From a virus (lineage: Duplodnaviria; Heunggongvirae; Uroviricota; Caudoviricetes): 64,000 nt of DNA. Positions within the stretch are counted from its first letter, which is position 1. The number at the start of each line of letters is the position of its first letter. Position numbers and translations under genes: made by a program. A model generated the notes under the pieces. The model was given only the letters and a program-made list of their open reading frames with translations, was not told the DNA's origin and searched no databases. Of the stretch, positions 1 through 9,724 are shown piece after piece. Location: positions 1 to 64,000 of IMG/VR virus record IMGVR_UViG_2939142107_000001. The stretch is one strand, 5' to 3'.

Positions 1-861
1 ATGAATCAATCTTTTATCTCCGATATTCTTTACGCAGACATTGAAAGTAAGGCAAAAGAACTAACAGTTAATTCAAACAACACTGTGCAGCCTGTAGCGT
101 TGATGCGCTTGGGGGTATTCGTTCCGAAGCCATCAAAGAGCAAAGGAGAAAGTAAAGAGATTGATGCCACCAAAGCGTTTTCCCAGCTGGAGATAGCTAA
201 AGCCGAGGGTTACGATGATATTAAAATCACCGGTCCTCGACTCGATATGGATACTGATTTCAAAACGTGGATCGGTGTCATCTACGCGTTCAGCAAATAC
301 GGCTTGTCTTCAAACACCATCCAGTTATCGTTTCAGGAATTCGCTAAAGCCTGTGGTTTCCCCTCAAAACGTCTGGATGCGAAACTGCGTTTAACCATTC
401 ATGAATCACTTGGACGCTTGCGTAACAAGGGTATCGCTTTTAAGCGCGGAAAAGATGCTAAAGGCGGCTATCAGACTGGTCTGCTGAAGGTCGGGCGTTT
501 TGATGCTGACCTTGATCTGATAGAGCTGGAGGCTGATTCGAAGCTGTGGGAGCTGTTCCAGCTTGATTATCGCGTTCTGTTGCAACACCACGCCTTGCGT
601 GCCCTTCCGAAGAAAGAAGCTGCACAAGCCATTTACACTTTCATCGAAAGCCTTCCGCAGAACCCGTTGCCGCTATCGTTCGCGCGAATCCGTGAGCGCC
701 TGGCTTTGCAGTCAGCTGTTGGCGAGCAAAACCGTATCATTAAGAAAGCGATAGAACAGCTTAAAACAATCGGCTATCTCGACTGTTCAATTGAGAAGAA
801 AGGCCGGGAAAGTTTTGTAATCGTCCATTCTCGCAATCCAAAGCTGAAACTCCCCGAATAA
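1..861 (+). CDS. repA: Plasmid replication initiator RepA, P1-type (286 aa). The window begins at its start codon, so the upstream origin and incC are not in the window.
   Basis: 286-aa ORF. It is followed at once by the array of 19-bp iterons typical of P1 incA. Sequence and length match my recollection of P1 RepA. Confidence 0.9.
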   Translation: MNQSFISDILYADIESKAKELTVNSNNTVQPVALMRLGVFVPKPSKSKGESKEIDATKAFSQLEIAKAEGYDDIKITGPRLDMDTDFKTWIGVIYAFSKYGLSSNTIQLSFQEFAKACGFPSKRLDAKLRLTIHESLGRLRNKGIAFKRGKDAKGGYQTGLLKVGRFDADLDLIELEADSKLWELFQLDYRVLLQHHALRALPKKEAAQAIYTFIESLPQNPLPLSFARIRERLALQSAVGEQNRIIKKAIEQLKTIGYLDCSIEKKGRESFVIVHSRNPKLKLPE

Positions 862-1150
862 GTGTGCGCTGGAGGGCAGCTGCATTCAAAAAATGTGTGC
901 TGCCGGGAAGGCTTGTCTAATTTCCCGTTTTTGATGTGCGCTGGAGGGGGATGCCCCGCAGTTTGCCAAGACTTTCCCTCCAGCACACATCTGTCCACCC
1001 GTTTTTCCCTCCAGTGCACATGTAATTATCTGCCTTTCCCTCCAGCACACATATTTGATACCAGCGATCCCTCCACAGCACATAATTCAATGCGACTTCC
1101 CTCTATCGCACATCTTAGACTTTTATTCTCCCTCCAGCACACATCGATGC
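862..1150. repeat. incA: incA copy-control locus: nine 19-bp iterons of type GATGTGTGCTGGAGGGAAA. Three are in one orientation (862-950) and six in the other (972-1146).
   Basis: The repeats are directly visible, for example gtgtgcgctggagggcag, atgtgtgctgccgggaagg, gatgtgcgctggaggggga, then ctttccctccagcacacatc, ttttccctccagtgcacatg, ctttccctccagcacacata, atccctccacagcacataa, cttccctctatcgcacatc, ttctccctccagcacacatc. Confidence 0.85.
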
Positions 1151-1418
1151 TGCCGGGCAAGCCGTTCTCACCAGTTGATAGAGAGTGAAGCCTTGCTGCC
1201 CGTTGAAGCAGGAAATCACCAAAATGATTCAGGCTACAACCTGAACGTAGAAGAAATCCGCGTCGTTTATGCGTGGAGGATGCCAAAGCATGTTGTGACA
1301 CACCTGGCAAAGGAGTAAACATGCAGAGAATGCTATGTACAAGCATCTGCGCATACATTATTATTTTATGCAGCATTTTTAATTTAATTCAAAAATACAG
1401 CATAAAGGATGACTTTCG

Positions 1419-2615
1419 ATGAGTGATTCCAGCCAGCTTCACAAGGTTGCTCAAAGAGCAAACAGAATGCTCAATGTTCTGACTGAACAAGTACAGTTGC
1501 AAAAGGATGAGCTACACGCGAACGAGTTTTACCAGGTCTATGCGAAAGCGGCACTGGCAAAATTGCCTCTACTGACTCGTGCGAACGTTGACTATGCCGT
1601 AAGTGAAATGGAAGAAAAGGGTTATGTTTTCGATAAACGCCCTGCTGGCTCTTCAATGAAATATGCGATGTCAATTCAGAACATCATCGACATATATGAA
1701 CATCGCGGAGTGCCAAAATACCGGGATCGCTACAGCGAAGCGTATGTGATTTTCATCTCCAATCTTAAAGGCGGTGTGTCAAAAACTGTATCGACGGTTT
1801 CTCTGGCGCATGCAATGCGTGCTCACCCTCATCTTCTGATGGAAGATTTAAGGATTCTGGTTATTGACCTTGATCCGCAATCTTCAGCAACGATGTTTTT
1901 AAGCCATAAACACTCTATTGGTATCGTAAACGCAACATCTGCACAGGCTATGTTGCAGAATGTAAGCCGTGAAGAGCTGTTAGAGGAGTTTATTGTTCCT
2001 TCTGTTGTACCTGGGGTTGACGTTATGCCTGCGTCGATTGACGATGCCTTTATTGCATCCGATTGGAGAGAGCTGTGCAATGAGCATCTACCGGGTCAGA
2101 ACATCCATGCAGTACTGAAAGAAAATGTGATTGATAAGCTGAAGAGCGATTATGACTTTATCCTCGTTGATAGTGGTCCTCACCTTGACGCCTTCCTGAA
2201 AAATGCTTTGGCCTCGGCCAATATATTGTTTACACCTCTGCCGCCTGCAACGGTTGATTTCCACTCATCGCTTAAATACGTTGCCCGTCTTCCTGAGTTG
2301 GTGAAACTCATTTCGGATGAAGGCTGCGAGTGTCAGCTTGCAACTAACATTGGTTTTATGTCCAAGTTGAGTAACAAGGCAGACCATAAGTATTGCCATA
2401 GCCTGGCTAAAGAAGTGTTCGGTGGGGATATGCTTGATGTTGTCCTCCCTCGCCTTGACGGTTTTGAACGCTGCGGCGAGTCTTTTGACACTGTTATTTC
2501 AGCTAACCCGGCAACGTATGTTGGTAGTGCTGATGCATTGAAGAACGCGCGAATTGCTGCGGAAGATTTTGCTAAAGCAGTTTTTGACCGTATTGAATTT
2601 ATCAGATCTAACTGA
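1419..2615 (+). CDS. parA: Partition ATPase ParA, P1 type Ia (398 aa). The par promoter/operator inverted repeat lies about 1330-1418 upstream.
   Basis: 398 aa, with a deviant Walker A motif KGGVSKT. It is followed by parB and parS. The length matches P1 ParA. Confidence 0.9.
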   Translation: MSDSSQLHKVAQRANRMLNVLTEQVQLQKDELHANEFYQVYAKAALAKLPLLTRANVDYAVSEMEEKGYVFDKRPAGSSMKYAMSIQNIIDIYEHRGVPKYRDRYSEAYVIFISNLKGGVSKTVSTVSLAHAMRAHPHLLMEDLRILVIDLDPQSSATMFLSHKHSIGIVNATSAQAMLQNVSREELLEEFIVPSVVPGVDVMPASIDDAFIASDWRELCNEHLPGQNIHAVLKENVIDKLKSDYDFILVDSGPHLDAFLKNALASANILFTPLPPATVDFHSSLKYVARLPELVKLISDEGCECQLATNIGFMSKLSNKADHKYCHSLAKEVFGGDMLDVVLPRLDGFERCGESFDTVISANPATYVGSADALKNARIAAEDFAKAVFDRIEFIRSN

Positions 2616-2631
2616 GGAGTAAGAAACCCCC

Positions 2632-3633
2632 ATGTCAAAGAAAAACAGACCAACAATTGGGCGAACCCTTAATCCTTCAATATTAAGCGGATTTGATAGT
2701 TCTTCATCCTCTGGCGATCGAGTCGAGCAGGTATTCAAGTTATCAACTGGTCGCCAGGCCACATTTATTGAAGAGGTAATACCTCCGAACCAGGTAGAAA
2801 GCGATACCTTTGTTGATCAGCATAACAACGGGCGTGACCAGGCATCTCTTACGCCAAAATCATTAAAAAGTATCCGAAGCACTATTAAGCATCAGCAATT
2901 TTACCCTGCAATAGGTGTTAGACGGGCTACAGGGAAAATTGAAATTTTGGATGGTTCCCGGCGTCGAGCTTCTGCCATCTTAGAGAACGTAGGGTTGCGG
3001 GTTTTAGTCACGGACCAGGAGATCAACGTTCAGGAAGCGCAAAATTTAGCGAAAGACGTTCAGACAGCATTGCAGCACAGCATTCGAGAAATAGGTCTGC
3101 GTTTGATGCGAATGAAAAATGATGGGATGAGTCAGAAGGATATTGCAGCCAAGGAAGGGCTGTCTCAGGCGAAAGTCACGCGTGCTCTCCAGGCAGCGAG
3201 TGCTCCGGAAGAATTAGTCGCCCTTTTCCCTGTGCAGTCGGAATTAACCTTTTCGGACTACAAAACGCTTTGTGCTGTTGGCGACGAAATGGGGAACAAG
3301 AATTTAGAGTTTGATCAGCTTATTCAAAACATATCCCCGGAAATAAACGACATCTTATCCATTGAAGAAATGGCCGAAGATGAAGTTAAAAATAAAATCC
3401 TGCGCTTGATAACAAAGGAAGCCTCACTACTCACGGATAAAGGTTCTAAAGATAAGTCCGTAGTTACTGAATTATGGAAATTTGAGGACAAGGATCGCTT
3501 TGCAAGGAAGCGCGTGAAAGGCCGTGCATTTTCTTATGAGTTTAATCGACTTTCAAAAGAGCTACAGGAAGAACTCGACAGGATGATTGGGCATATCCTT
3601 AGAAAGAGCCTCGATAAAAAGCCGAAGCCTTAA
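2632..3633 (+). CDS. parB: Partition protein ParB, centromere-binding (333 aa).
   Basis: 333 aa, immediately downstream of parA and upstream of the parS-like site. It has a ParB/Spo0J-like central region (GSRRRAS). Confidence 0.9.
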   Translation: MSKKNRPTIGRTLNPSILSGFDSSSSSGDRVEQVFKLSTGRQATFIEEVIPPNQVESDTFVDQHNNGRDQASLTPKSLKSIRSTIKHQQFYPAIGVRRATGKIEILDGSRRRASAILENVGLRVLVTDQEINVQEAQNLAKDVQTALQHSIREIGLRLMRMKNDGMSQKDIAAKEGLSQAKVTRALQAASAPEELVALFPVQSELTFSDYKTLCAVGDEMGNKNLEFDQLIQNISPEINDILSIEEMAEDEVKNKILRLITKEASLLTDKGSKDKSVVTELWKFEDKDRFARKRVKGRAFSYEFNRLSKELQEELDRMIGHILRKSLDKKPKP

Positions 3634-3654
3634 ACTTTCGCCATTCAAATTCCA

Positions 3655-3740
3655 CTATTAACCTACTGTTTTTAAAGTAAATCCATCTAAAATTTCAAGG
3701 TGAAATCGCCACGATTTCACCTTGGATTTTACCTTCCTCC
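3655..3740. promoter_or_regulatory. parS: parS centromere. ATTTCAC heptamers (boxA) and TCGCCA hexamers (boxB) flank an AT-rich site that looks like an IHF site.
   Basis: Core tttcaaggtgaaatcgccacgatttcaccttgg at 3693-3726. It has inverted ATTTCAC/GTGAAAT arms and TCGCCA. The AT-rich tttaaagtaaatccatctaaaattt lies upstream. Confidence 0.8.
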
Positions 3741-3785
3741 CCTACTCCCGAAAAAAATAAAAAAATTGCTTGTCACGAGAAAGTC

Positions 3786-3807
3786 AACAAGTGACTTTCA
3801 ATAAAAT
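3786..3807 (+). promoter_or_regulatory. Putative Lpa-dependent late promoter upstream of the head gene. Motif AACAAGTGACTTTCAATAAAAT sits inside a 9-bp inverted repeat GAAAGTCAAC/GTGACTTTC.
   Basis: The motif recurs upstream of R (24464), lyz (39364) and prt (43085-43112, minus strand). Confidence 0.4.
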
Positions 3808-3837
3808 CTCTTCCGAAAAGGGATTCACACAAGTGCC

Positions 3838-5565
3838 TTGTGTTTAAGGAAGAGTAAATTGAGTAACTTACGCGAATACCAGAATCGTATTGCAGATATC
3901 GCAAAACGCTCTAAAGCTGTGCTTGGCTGGGCAAGCACTGCGCAGTTCGGTACTGATAACCAATTCATTAAAGATGATGCCGCGCGTGCCGCATCTATCC
4001 TTGAAGCTGCACGTAAAGACCCAATTTTTGCGGGTATCTCTGATAATGCCACCGCTCAAATCGCTACAGCGTGGGCAAGTGCACTGGCTGACTACGCCGC
4101 AACACATAAATCTATGCCACGTCCGGAAATTCTGGCCTCCTGCCACCAGACGCTGGAAAACTGCCTGATTGAGTCCACCCGCAATAGCATGGATGCCACC
4201 AATAAAGCGATGCTGGAATCAGTCGCGGCAGAGATGATGAGTGTTTCTGACGGGGTTATGCGTCTGCCTTTATTCCTGGCGATGATCCTGCCTGTTCAGT
4301 TGGGGGCAGCTACCGCTGATGCGTGTACATTCATTCCGGTTACGCGTGACAAGTCCGAAATCTATGAAATCTTTAACGTAGCGGGTTCTTCTTTTGGCTC
4401 TTATGCTATTGGTGATGTTCTGGACATGCAATCCGTTGGCGTGTACAGCCAGTTGCGCCGCCGCTATGTGCTGGTTGCAAGCTCCGACGGCACCAGCAAA
4501 ACTGCAACCTTCAAGATGGAAGATGTCGAAGGTCAGAATGTCCCGATTCGCAAAGGTCGCACAAACATCTACGTTAACCGTATTAAGTCTGTTGTTGATA
4601 ACGGCTCCGGCACTCTGCTTCACACATTCAATAACAAAGCAGGCGAACAAATCACTGTTACTTGCTCTTTGAATTACAACGTTGGTCAGATTGCCCTGTC
4701 GTTCTCCAAAGCGCCGGATAAAGGCACTGAGATCGCCATTGAGGTGGAGATCAATATAGAAGCAGCTCCTGAGCTGATCCCACTTATCAACCACGAAATG
4801 AAGAGTTACACCCTGTTCCCAAACCAGTTCGTCATCGCGGCTGAGCACACGGTACAGGCGGCGTATGAAGCACAGCGTGAATTTGGTCTGGATCTTGGCT
4901 CCCTACAGTTCCGCACCCTGAAGGAATACCTGTCCCATGAGCAAGATATGCTTCGTCTTCGTATCATGATTTGGCGAACTCTTGCGACCGACTCCTTTGA
5001 TATTGCACTGCCAGCTAACCAGTCCTTTGATGTGTGGGCAACCATCATTCGAGGCAAATTCCAGACGGTATATCGCGGTATTATTGAGCGTATTAAATCT
5101 TCTGGTGCGATGGGGATGTATGCCGGTGCTGATGCGGCATCTTTCTTCAAACAATTGCCGAAGGATTTCTTCCAGCCAGCAGAAGATTACATCCAGACCC
5201 CATACGTCCACTACATTGGCACTCTGTTCGGCAACGTCAAAGTGTTCGAAGTACCAGAAGGTATTTGTACGAACCTGACCGCCGACGGTATCCAGTTCAG
5301 CCCAATGGATGTGCTGTGCTACGTCCGTGATGAAAATCCGGGCAAAGCGGGCTTCGTAACTGGTGATGCAGTCCCGGCTGTCCCATTCCAGCATCCGACC
5401 ACCCCGGCACTAGTCAACCGAACCACTCTGTGGGGTTCGGCTATCAACGATATGCACCCACGTAACGGCGCTGACTACTTCACGCGTGTAACTCTGACTA
5501 TGGCCAAAAATGGCGGAATTAACTTCCTGACCGGTAACATGATTGATGCCGGTGACTCTGAGTAA
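3838..5565 (+). CDS. Major head (capsid) protein, P1 gene 23-like (575 aa, about 63 kDa). A TTG start at about 3859 downstream of AAGGAAG is also possible.
   Basis: It lies next to parS, as gene 23 does in P1. The size fits the 62-kDa head-protein precursor. No domain search was possible. Confidence 0.55.
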   Translation: MCLRKSKLSNLREYQNRIADIAKRSKAVLGWASTAQFGTDNQFIKDDAARAASILEAARKDPIFAGISDNATAQIATAWASALADYAATHKSMPRPEILASCHQTLENCLIESTRNSMDATNKAMLESVAAEMMSVSDGVMRLPLFLAMILPVQLGAATADACTFIPVTRDKSEIYEIFNVAGSSFGSYAIGDVLDMQSVGVYSQLRRRYVLVASSDGTSKTATFKMEDVEGQNVPIRKGRTNIYVNRIKSVVDNGSGTLLHTFNNKAGEQITVTCSLNYNVGQIALSFSKAPDKGTEIAIEVEINIEAAPELIPLINHEMKSYTLFPNQFVIAAEHTVQAAYEAQREFGLDLGSLQFRTLKEYLSHEQDMLRLRIMIWRTLATDSFDIALPANQSFDVWATIIRGKFQTVYRGIIERIKSSGAMGMYAGADAASFFKQLPKDFFQPAEDYIQTPYVHYIGTLFGNVKVFEVPEGICTNLTADGIQFSPMDVLCYVRDENPGKAGFVTGDAVPAVPFQHPTTPALVNRTTLWGSAINDMHPRNGADYFTRVTLTMAKNGGINFLTGNMIDAGDSE

Positions 5566-5591
5566 GCACGGGAAGTTCTCCGTTTAACATA

Positions 5592-5610
5592 GCGCCCCCG
5601 TGCGGGGCGC
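5592..5610 (+). terminator. GC-rich hairpin gcgcccccgtgcggggcgc between the head and sheath genes. It has no U-tract and may be an attenuator or RNA-stability element.
   Basis: Perfect 7-bp GC stem. Similar hairpins occur at 24441-24465 and 49892-49910. Confidence 0.3.
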
Positions 5611-5625
5611 ATAACAGGGAAAGTT

Positions 5626-7215
5626 ATGTCTCAATATTCAATTCAACAGTCATTAGGTAATGCATCCAGCGTCGCGGTTAGCCCGATCAATGCCGATGCG
5701 ACGTTATCTACCGGTGTTGCATTAAATAGCAGCTTATGGGCTGGTATTGGCGTATTTGCGCGTGGCAAGCCGTTTACTGTTCTTGCGGTTACTGAGTCCA
5801 ATTACGAAGATGTTCTCGGCGAACCGCTGAAGCCGTCTTCCGGCTCACAGTTCGAACCAATTCGCCATGTGTACGAAGCTATTCAGCAAACGTCTGGTTA
5901 TGTTGTCCGTGCTGTTCCGGATGATGCGAAGTTCCCGATTATTATGTTCGATGAATCAGGCGAACCGGCTTACAGTGCGTTGCCATACGGTTCTGAAATT
6001 GAACTTGATAGCGGCGAAGCCTTTGCTATCTACGTTGATGATGGTGATCCGTGTATTTCACCTACCCGTGAGTTAACCATCGAAACGGCAACAGCGGACA
6101 GCGCGAGTAATGAACGCTTCATCTTAAAACTGACCCAGACGACTTCGCTTGGTGTGGTAACGACCCTGGAGACACACACTGTGTCTTTGGCGGAAGAAGC
6201 GAAAGATGACATGGGCCGCTTGTGTTATCTGCCTACGGCTCTGGAAGCTCGTTCTAAATATCTGCGCGCGGTTGTTAATGAAGATCTGATTTCTACAGCG
6301 AAAGTAACAAACAAAAAATCGTTGGCGTTCACTGGTGGTACCAACGGTGATCAGTCGAAAATCTCAACCGCTGCGTACCTGCGTGCGGTGAAAGTGCTGA
6401 ACAATGCGCCGTACATGTACACCGCTGTTCTTGGCCTGGGCTGCTATGACAATGCGGCTATCACCGCATTAGGTAAAATCTGTGCAGATCGCCTGATTGA
6501 TGGCTTCTTTGATGTCAAACCGACATTAAGGTACGCAGAAGCACTAACAGCTGTTGAGGGTACCGGTTTACTTGGTACCGATTATGTAAGCTGTTCTGTC
6601 TATCACTACCCGTTCTCCTGCAAAGACAAATGGACCCAATCCCGTGTGGTCTTCGGTCTGTCTGGCGCGGCGTATGCGGCGAAAGCTCGTGGCGTCAAGA
6701 AAAACTCTGATGTCGGCGGTTGGCATTACTCACCGGCTGGTGAAGAACGTGCCGTCATTGCTCGTGCGTCAATTCAACCGCTGTATCCGGAAGATACCCC
6801 GGACGAAGAAGCAATGGTCAAGGGCCGTCTCAATAAAGTATCTGTTGGCACCTCTGGCCAGATGATCATCGACGATGCTTTAACTTGCTGCACGCAGGAT
6901 AACTATCTGCACTTCCAGCACGTCCCATCCCTGATGAATGCAATCAGCCGTTTCTTTGTCCAGTTAGCCCGACAGATGAAGCATAGCCCGGACGGTATTA
7001 CTGCGGCTGGCCTGACTAAAGGGATGACCAAACTTTTAGATCGCTTTGTCGCCTCCGGCGCTCTGGTGGCTCCTCGTGATCCCGATGCTGACGGTACAGA
7101 ACCGTATGTGCTGAAAGTTACGCAGGCGGAATTCGATAAATGGGAAGTAGTCTGGGCCTGCTGCCCGACTGGCGTAGCCCGTCGTATCCAGGGCGTACCG
7201 CTGCTTATTAAGTAA
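5626..7215 (+). CDS. Tail sheath protein, P1 gene 22-like (529 aa, about 57 kDa).
   Basis: Position matches P1 gene order 23-22-21. The size fits the 57-kDa sheath protein. Confidence 0.55.
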   Translation: MSQYSIQQSLGNASSVAVSPINADATLSTGVALNSSLWAGIGVFARGKPFTVLAVTESNYEDVLGEPLKPSSGSQFEPIRHVYEAIQQTSGYVVRAVPDDAKFPIIMFDESGEPAYSALPYGSEIELDSGEAFAIYVDDGDPCISPTRELTIETATADSASNERFILKLTQTTSLGVVTTLETHTVSLAEEAKDDMGRLCYLPTALEARSKYLRAVVNEDLISTAKVTNKKSLAFTGGTNGDQSKISTAAYLRAVKVLNNAPYMYTAVLGLGCYDNAAITALGKICADRLIDGFFDVKPTLRYAEALTAVEGTGLLGTDYVSCSVYHYPFSCKDKWTQSRVVFGLSGAAYAAKARGVKKNSDVGGWHYSPAGEERAVIARASIQPLYPEDTPDEEAMVKGRLNKVSVGTSGQMIIDDALTCCTQDNYLHFQHVPSLMNAISRFFVQLARQMKHSPDGITAAGLTKGMTKLLDRFVASGALVAPRDPDADGTEPYVLKVTQAEFDKWEVVWACCPTGVARRIQGVPLLIK

Positions 7216-7224
7216 GGGAATACA

Positions 7225-8040
7225 ATGAGCAAAAACTTTTTTCAATCCGGGGCATTTTTGGGGAATGGACTGTCCCGTTTCGCTTTGAACTCTGATCCTG
7301 TGCAGCTGATGGAGTCTGCCCGAGCAAGCGCCGAACCGCCAACAGATCCGGTTATTAATAATAATCCGGAACCGGCGGCACAGACTAACGATAACGTTCC
7401 ATCTGCCCCGGCTCCAGAGCAAATCCTGGAAGGGAAAGACGGTAAAGAATGGACCGTCGAACAGGCGCACCAGATGATTCTGGAAGCTGCAAATCGAAGT
7501 GCTATGCAGAATGCGTTGAGTGATGCGGCCGACGCCGTTTTCTCCTGGGCTGATAGCGGTGATCTGACTTTCGACTCCCTTGATGGTTTCGTTCAGGCTA
7601 TCGCTGGTATCTCTGATGACGACGACTCCGAAGTTACAGAAGAACAGGACGATGCCTATAACGAAGCATGGGCAAATGTTGCTGACTTCCTCGCAGCATG
7701 CGGTGTAGATGATGACCTGATCGAAGCACTGGCTGACGATGAAGACGACGACGCAGCTGCTGATGTTGGTGCCTCTATCGCTGGTTTAGATAGCGACGAC
7801 CGTGATGAACTGGAAGCGGCGTTTGTTGTTGCTGGCACTTCTGATGAAATGCTGACTGAAGCATTTAAGAAGGTTGTTCGTAACGGTGAGATCAAACTCA
7901 TCCGTAAACGCCTGCGGAAAAAACGTCTGACTGCGGCTCAAAAATCGGCGCTGAAAAAAGCGCGTCGAAAAGCCCAGACCGGCGCGGCAAAACTTGCCCG
8001 CAAAAAGTCAATGAAACTGCGCCGTAAGCGCCTTGGCTAA
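7225..8040 (+). CDS. Strongly acidic protein (runs of D/E) with a poly-basic K/R C-terminal tail of about 45 aa. It sits at the P1 gene 21 position.
   Basis: 271-aa ORF with an RBS (GGGAATACAATG context). Its composition is DDDDSEV, DDEDDDAAAD, then KRLRKKRLTAAQKSALKKARRKAQ. Confidence 0.5.
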   Translation: MSKNFFQSGAFLGNGLSRFALNSDPVQLMESARASAEPPTDPVINNNPEPAAQTNDNVPSAPAPEQILEGKDGKEWTVEQAHQMILEAANRSAMQNALSDAADAVFSWADSGDLTFDSLDGFVQAIAGISDDDDSEVTEEQDDAYNEAWANVADFLAACGVDDDLIEALADDEDDDAAADVGASIAGLDSDDRDELEAAFVVAGTSDEMLTEAFKKVVRNGEIKLIRKRLRKKRLTAAQKSALKKARRKAQTGAAKLARKKSMKLRRKRLG

Positions 8041-8075
8041 AGGAGGAGGCCGGAGAACTCCGGCCTTTAACTTGA

Positions 8076-8657
8076 ATGGCACCTATACCTTATGGGGTTT
8101 ACAGCCAGGCTGATGGTGTATCGCCATTTCTGAAAGTTACTTTAACGAACTCTCAGTACCAGGTTACCGGATATATCAGCCAGGGGGCAGCAATGAACAT
8201 GGCCCAGAATTGGGAAGCGCCGTTTACCGGTATGTCCATGGGGTCTGTTGCTGGTGCTTTCAGTGGTTTTGCGCAGGTTGGTACTGAAACAACGTCGGTG
8301 GCCCGTTGGAACAGCTTAATGGTTTGGGAGGGGGGAACACCGCCGACTTTCACGCTGCCAGTAACTTTCATCGCTTTGTTTGACCCATTCACGGAGGTTT
8401 CAGGAGCTATCGCCGCATTGTCAGCGATGATTAGCCCGGAACTTAAAGATGCCAGTATTGGTGGTCGAATCCCGGAGCGTGTGACGCTAAACATTGGTCG
8501 CCGGATCAACATCATTGATGTCGCTATCCAGGACATAAGTTTCGATCTCGATGCACCCAGGGACAGCAATGGGCATTTCCTGAAAAACACCGTCAACCTC
8601 CAGTTGACCGGTTCTTCGATATATAACAGCTCCGATATTGTTCGGGCGTTCCAGTAA
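8076..8657 (+). CDS. Structural/morphogenesis protein (193 aa). By synteny it matches the pmgG/bplB region.
   Basis: ORF in the late operon, preceded by the hairpin ggccggagaactccggcc at 8048-8065. Confidence 0.5.
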   Translation: MAPIPYGVYSQADGVSPFLKVTLTNSQYQVTGYISQGAAMNMAQNWEAPFTGMSMGSVAGAFSGFAQVGTETTSVARWNSLMVWEGGTPPTFTLPVTFIALFDPFTEVSGAIAALSAMISPELKDASIGGRIPERVTLNIGRRINIIDVAIQDISFDLDAPRDSNGHFLKNTVNLQLTGSSIYNSSDIVRAFQ

Positions 8658-8668
8658 AAGGATTTTAT

Positions 8669-9178
8669 ATGGGGCACAATAACACTAAGGGAAACCGTAA
8701 ATTTATTAAGGGCCGCTATACTGCCAACGCGGCCAAAGGCGAACGACTGGTATCTTCTGAATTCCAGCTCACTTTTGCAGGCCATGAAGATATCAGCGTA
8801 CTGGTTCGCACGTCGCAAATTCCTGAAATGACCCGCGAGGATGTGGAGGACTATGGTCCGAATGGTGTGAAGTTCAACCAGCACGGTCCAATTCGAAACT
8901 CTGGGGAAATCCAGGTCCAGTGCGTGGAGACTATCGAAGGCGATATTCTTCAGTTCATTAAAGATCGCATTGCGGCGAAGGACTATGTTGATATCACGAT
9001 GGCTGCGACCCCTGAATCCAAATCTTCCGGGGTTAACGCTGTGACAAAAGCTGCTACAACAATTGAAATGTTGGACTGCAAAATCTACAGTGATGCAATC
9101 GACTTTAGTACCGAAGATGTGACTGCCGCTGTGCGCCCGTCACTTCGTATCGTTTACAACTGGATTGAGTGGGATTAA
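8669..9178 (+). CDS. Structural/morphogenesis protein (169 aa).
   Basis: Tightly spaced after the previous ORF, and followed by a strong intrinsic terminator. Confidence 0.5.
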   Translation: MGHNNTKGNRKFIKGRYTANAAKGERLVSSEFQLTFAGHEDISVLVRTSQIPEMTREDVEDYGPNGVKFNQHGPIRNSGEIQVQCVETIEGDILQFIKDRIAAKDYVDITMAATPESKSSGVNAVTKAATTIEMLDCKIYSDAIDFSTEDVTAAVRPSLRIVYNWIEWD

Positions 9179-9197
9179 GAGTCATCCCTTGTATTTT

Positions 9198-9222
9198 AAA
9201 GCTCCTTCGGGAGCTTTTTTGT
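9198..9222 (+). terminator. Rho-independent terminator aaagctccttcgggagcttttttgtg.
   Basis: 8-bp stem with a ttcg tetraloop, followed by a T6 run. Confidence 0.65.
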
Positions 9223-9261
9223 GCTTAAATTATGCCGGTATAGATAGATTTTGAGCATGTT

Positions 9262-9558
9262 ATGGAAATTGATTTTTCATACTCTCCTGAGACGATAGAA
9301 AGAAGATTCGAAATAATTGGATGCATAACTATTTCAGATGAGCATTATTGGGTTCTCTATGATGCCAATACATGGTTATGTGCCTTAGCAGAATGTCAGC
9401 CATCGTTATGTGTAGGGGAGGGGGCTTTTCGACATAAGGTGCTGGCTACACTTGAAGTGAACACGTTACGATATTGGTGTGTAGAAATACTTAGTGATAA
9501 CAAAGAATTGCATTTATTATTGCTGAATAAGTGTGCTTCTCTGCGCAGAAAAGCATGA
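9262..9558 (+). CDS. Hypothetical 98-aa protein at the start of the AT-rich inserted cassette.
   Basis: AT-rich codon usage unlike the backbone. A hairpin plus T-run follows at about 9676-9722. Confidence 0.4.
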   Translation: MEIDFSYSPETIERRFEIIGCITISDEHYWVLYDANTWLCALAECQPSLCVGEGAFRHKVLATLEVNTLRYWCVEILSDNKELHLLLLNKCASLRRKA

Positions 9559-9724
9559 GAAAACCCAACCGCTCTCCAGGAATTATCAGAAGAATATATG
9601 CGGAAAGTTATAGCTAGCTATTGAAAAGCTAAAGTAGATCGGTTAGATTTGCCTTACTCATCTACCATGTGTAGAAAGAGCGATCGAACCCGATACATAG
9701 CAATATGTGTCGGGTTCAGCTTTT

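Noticed and set aside
1026-1376. ORFs overlapping the incA iteron region
   Set aside because: The region is an iteron array and the parA promoter. These ORFs are translations of repeats.
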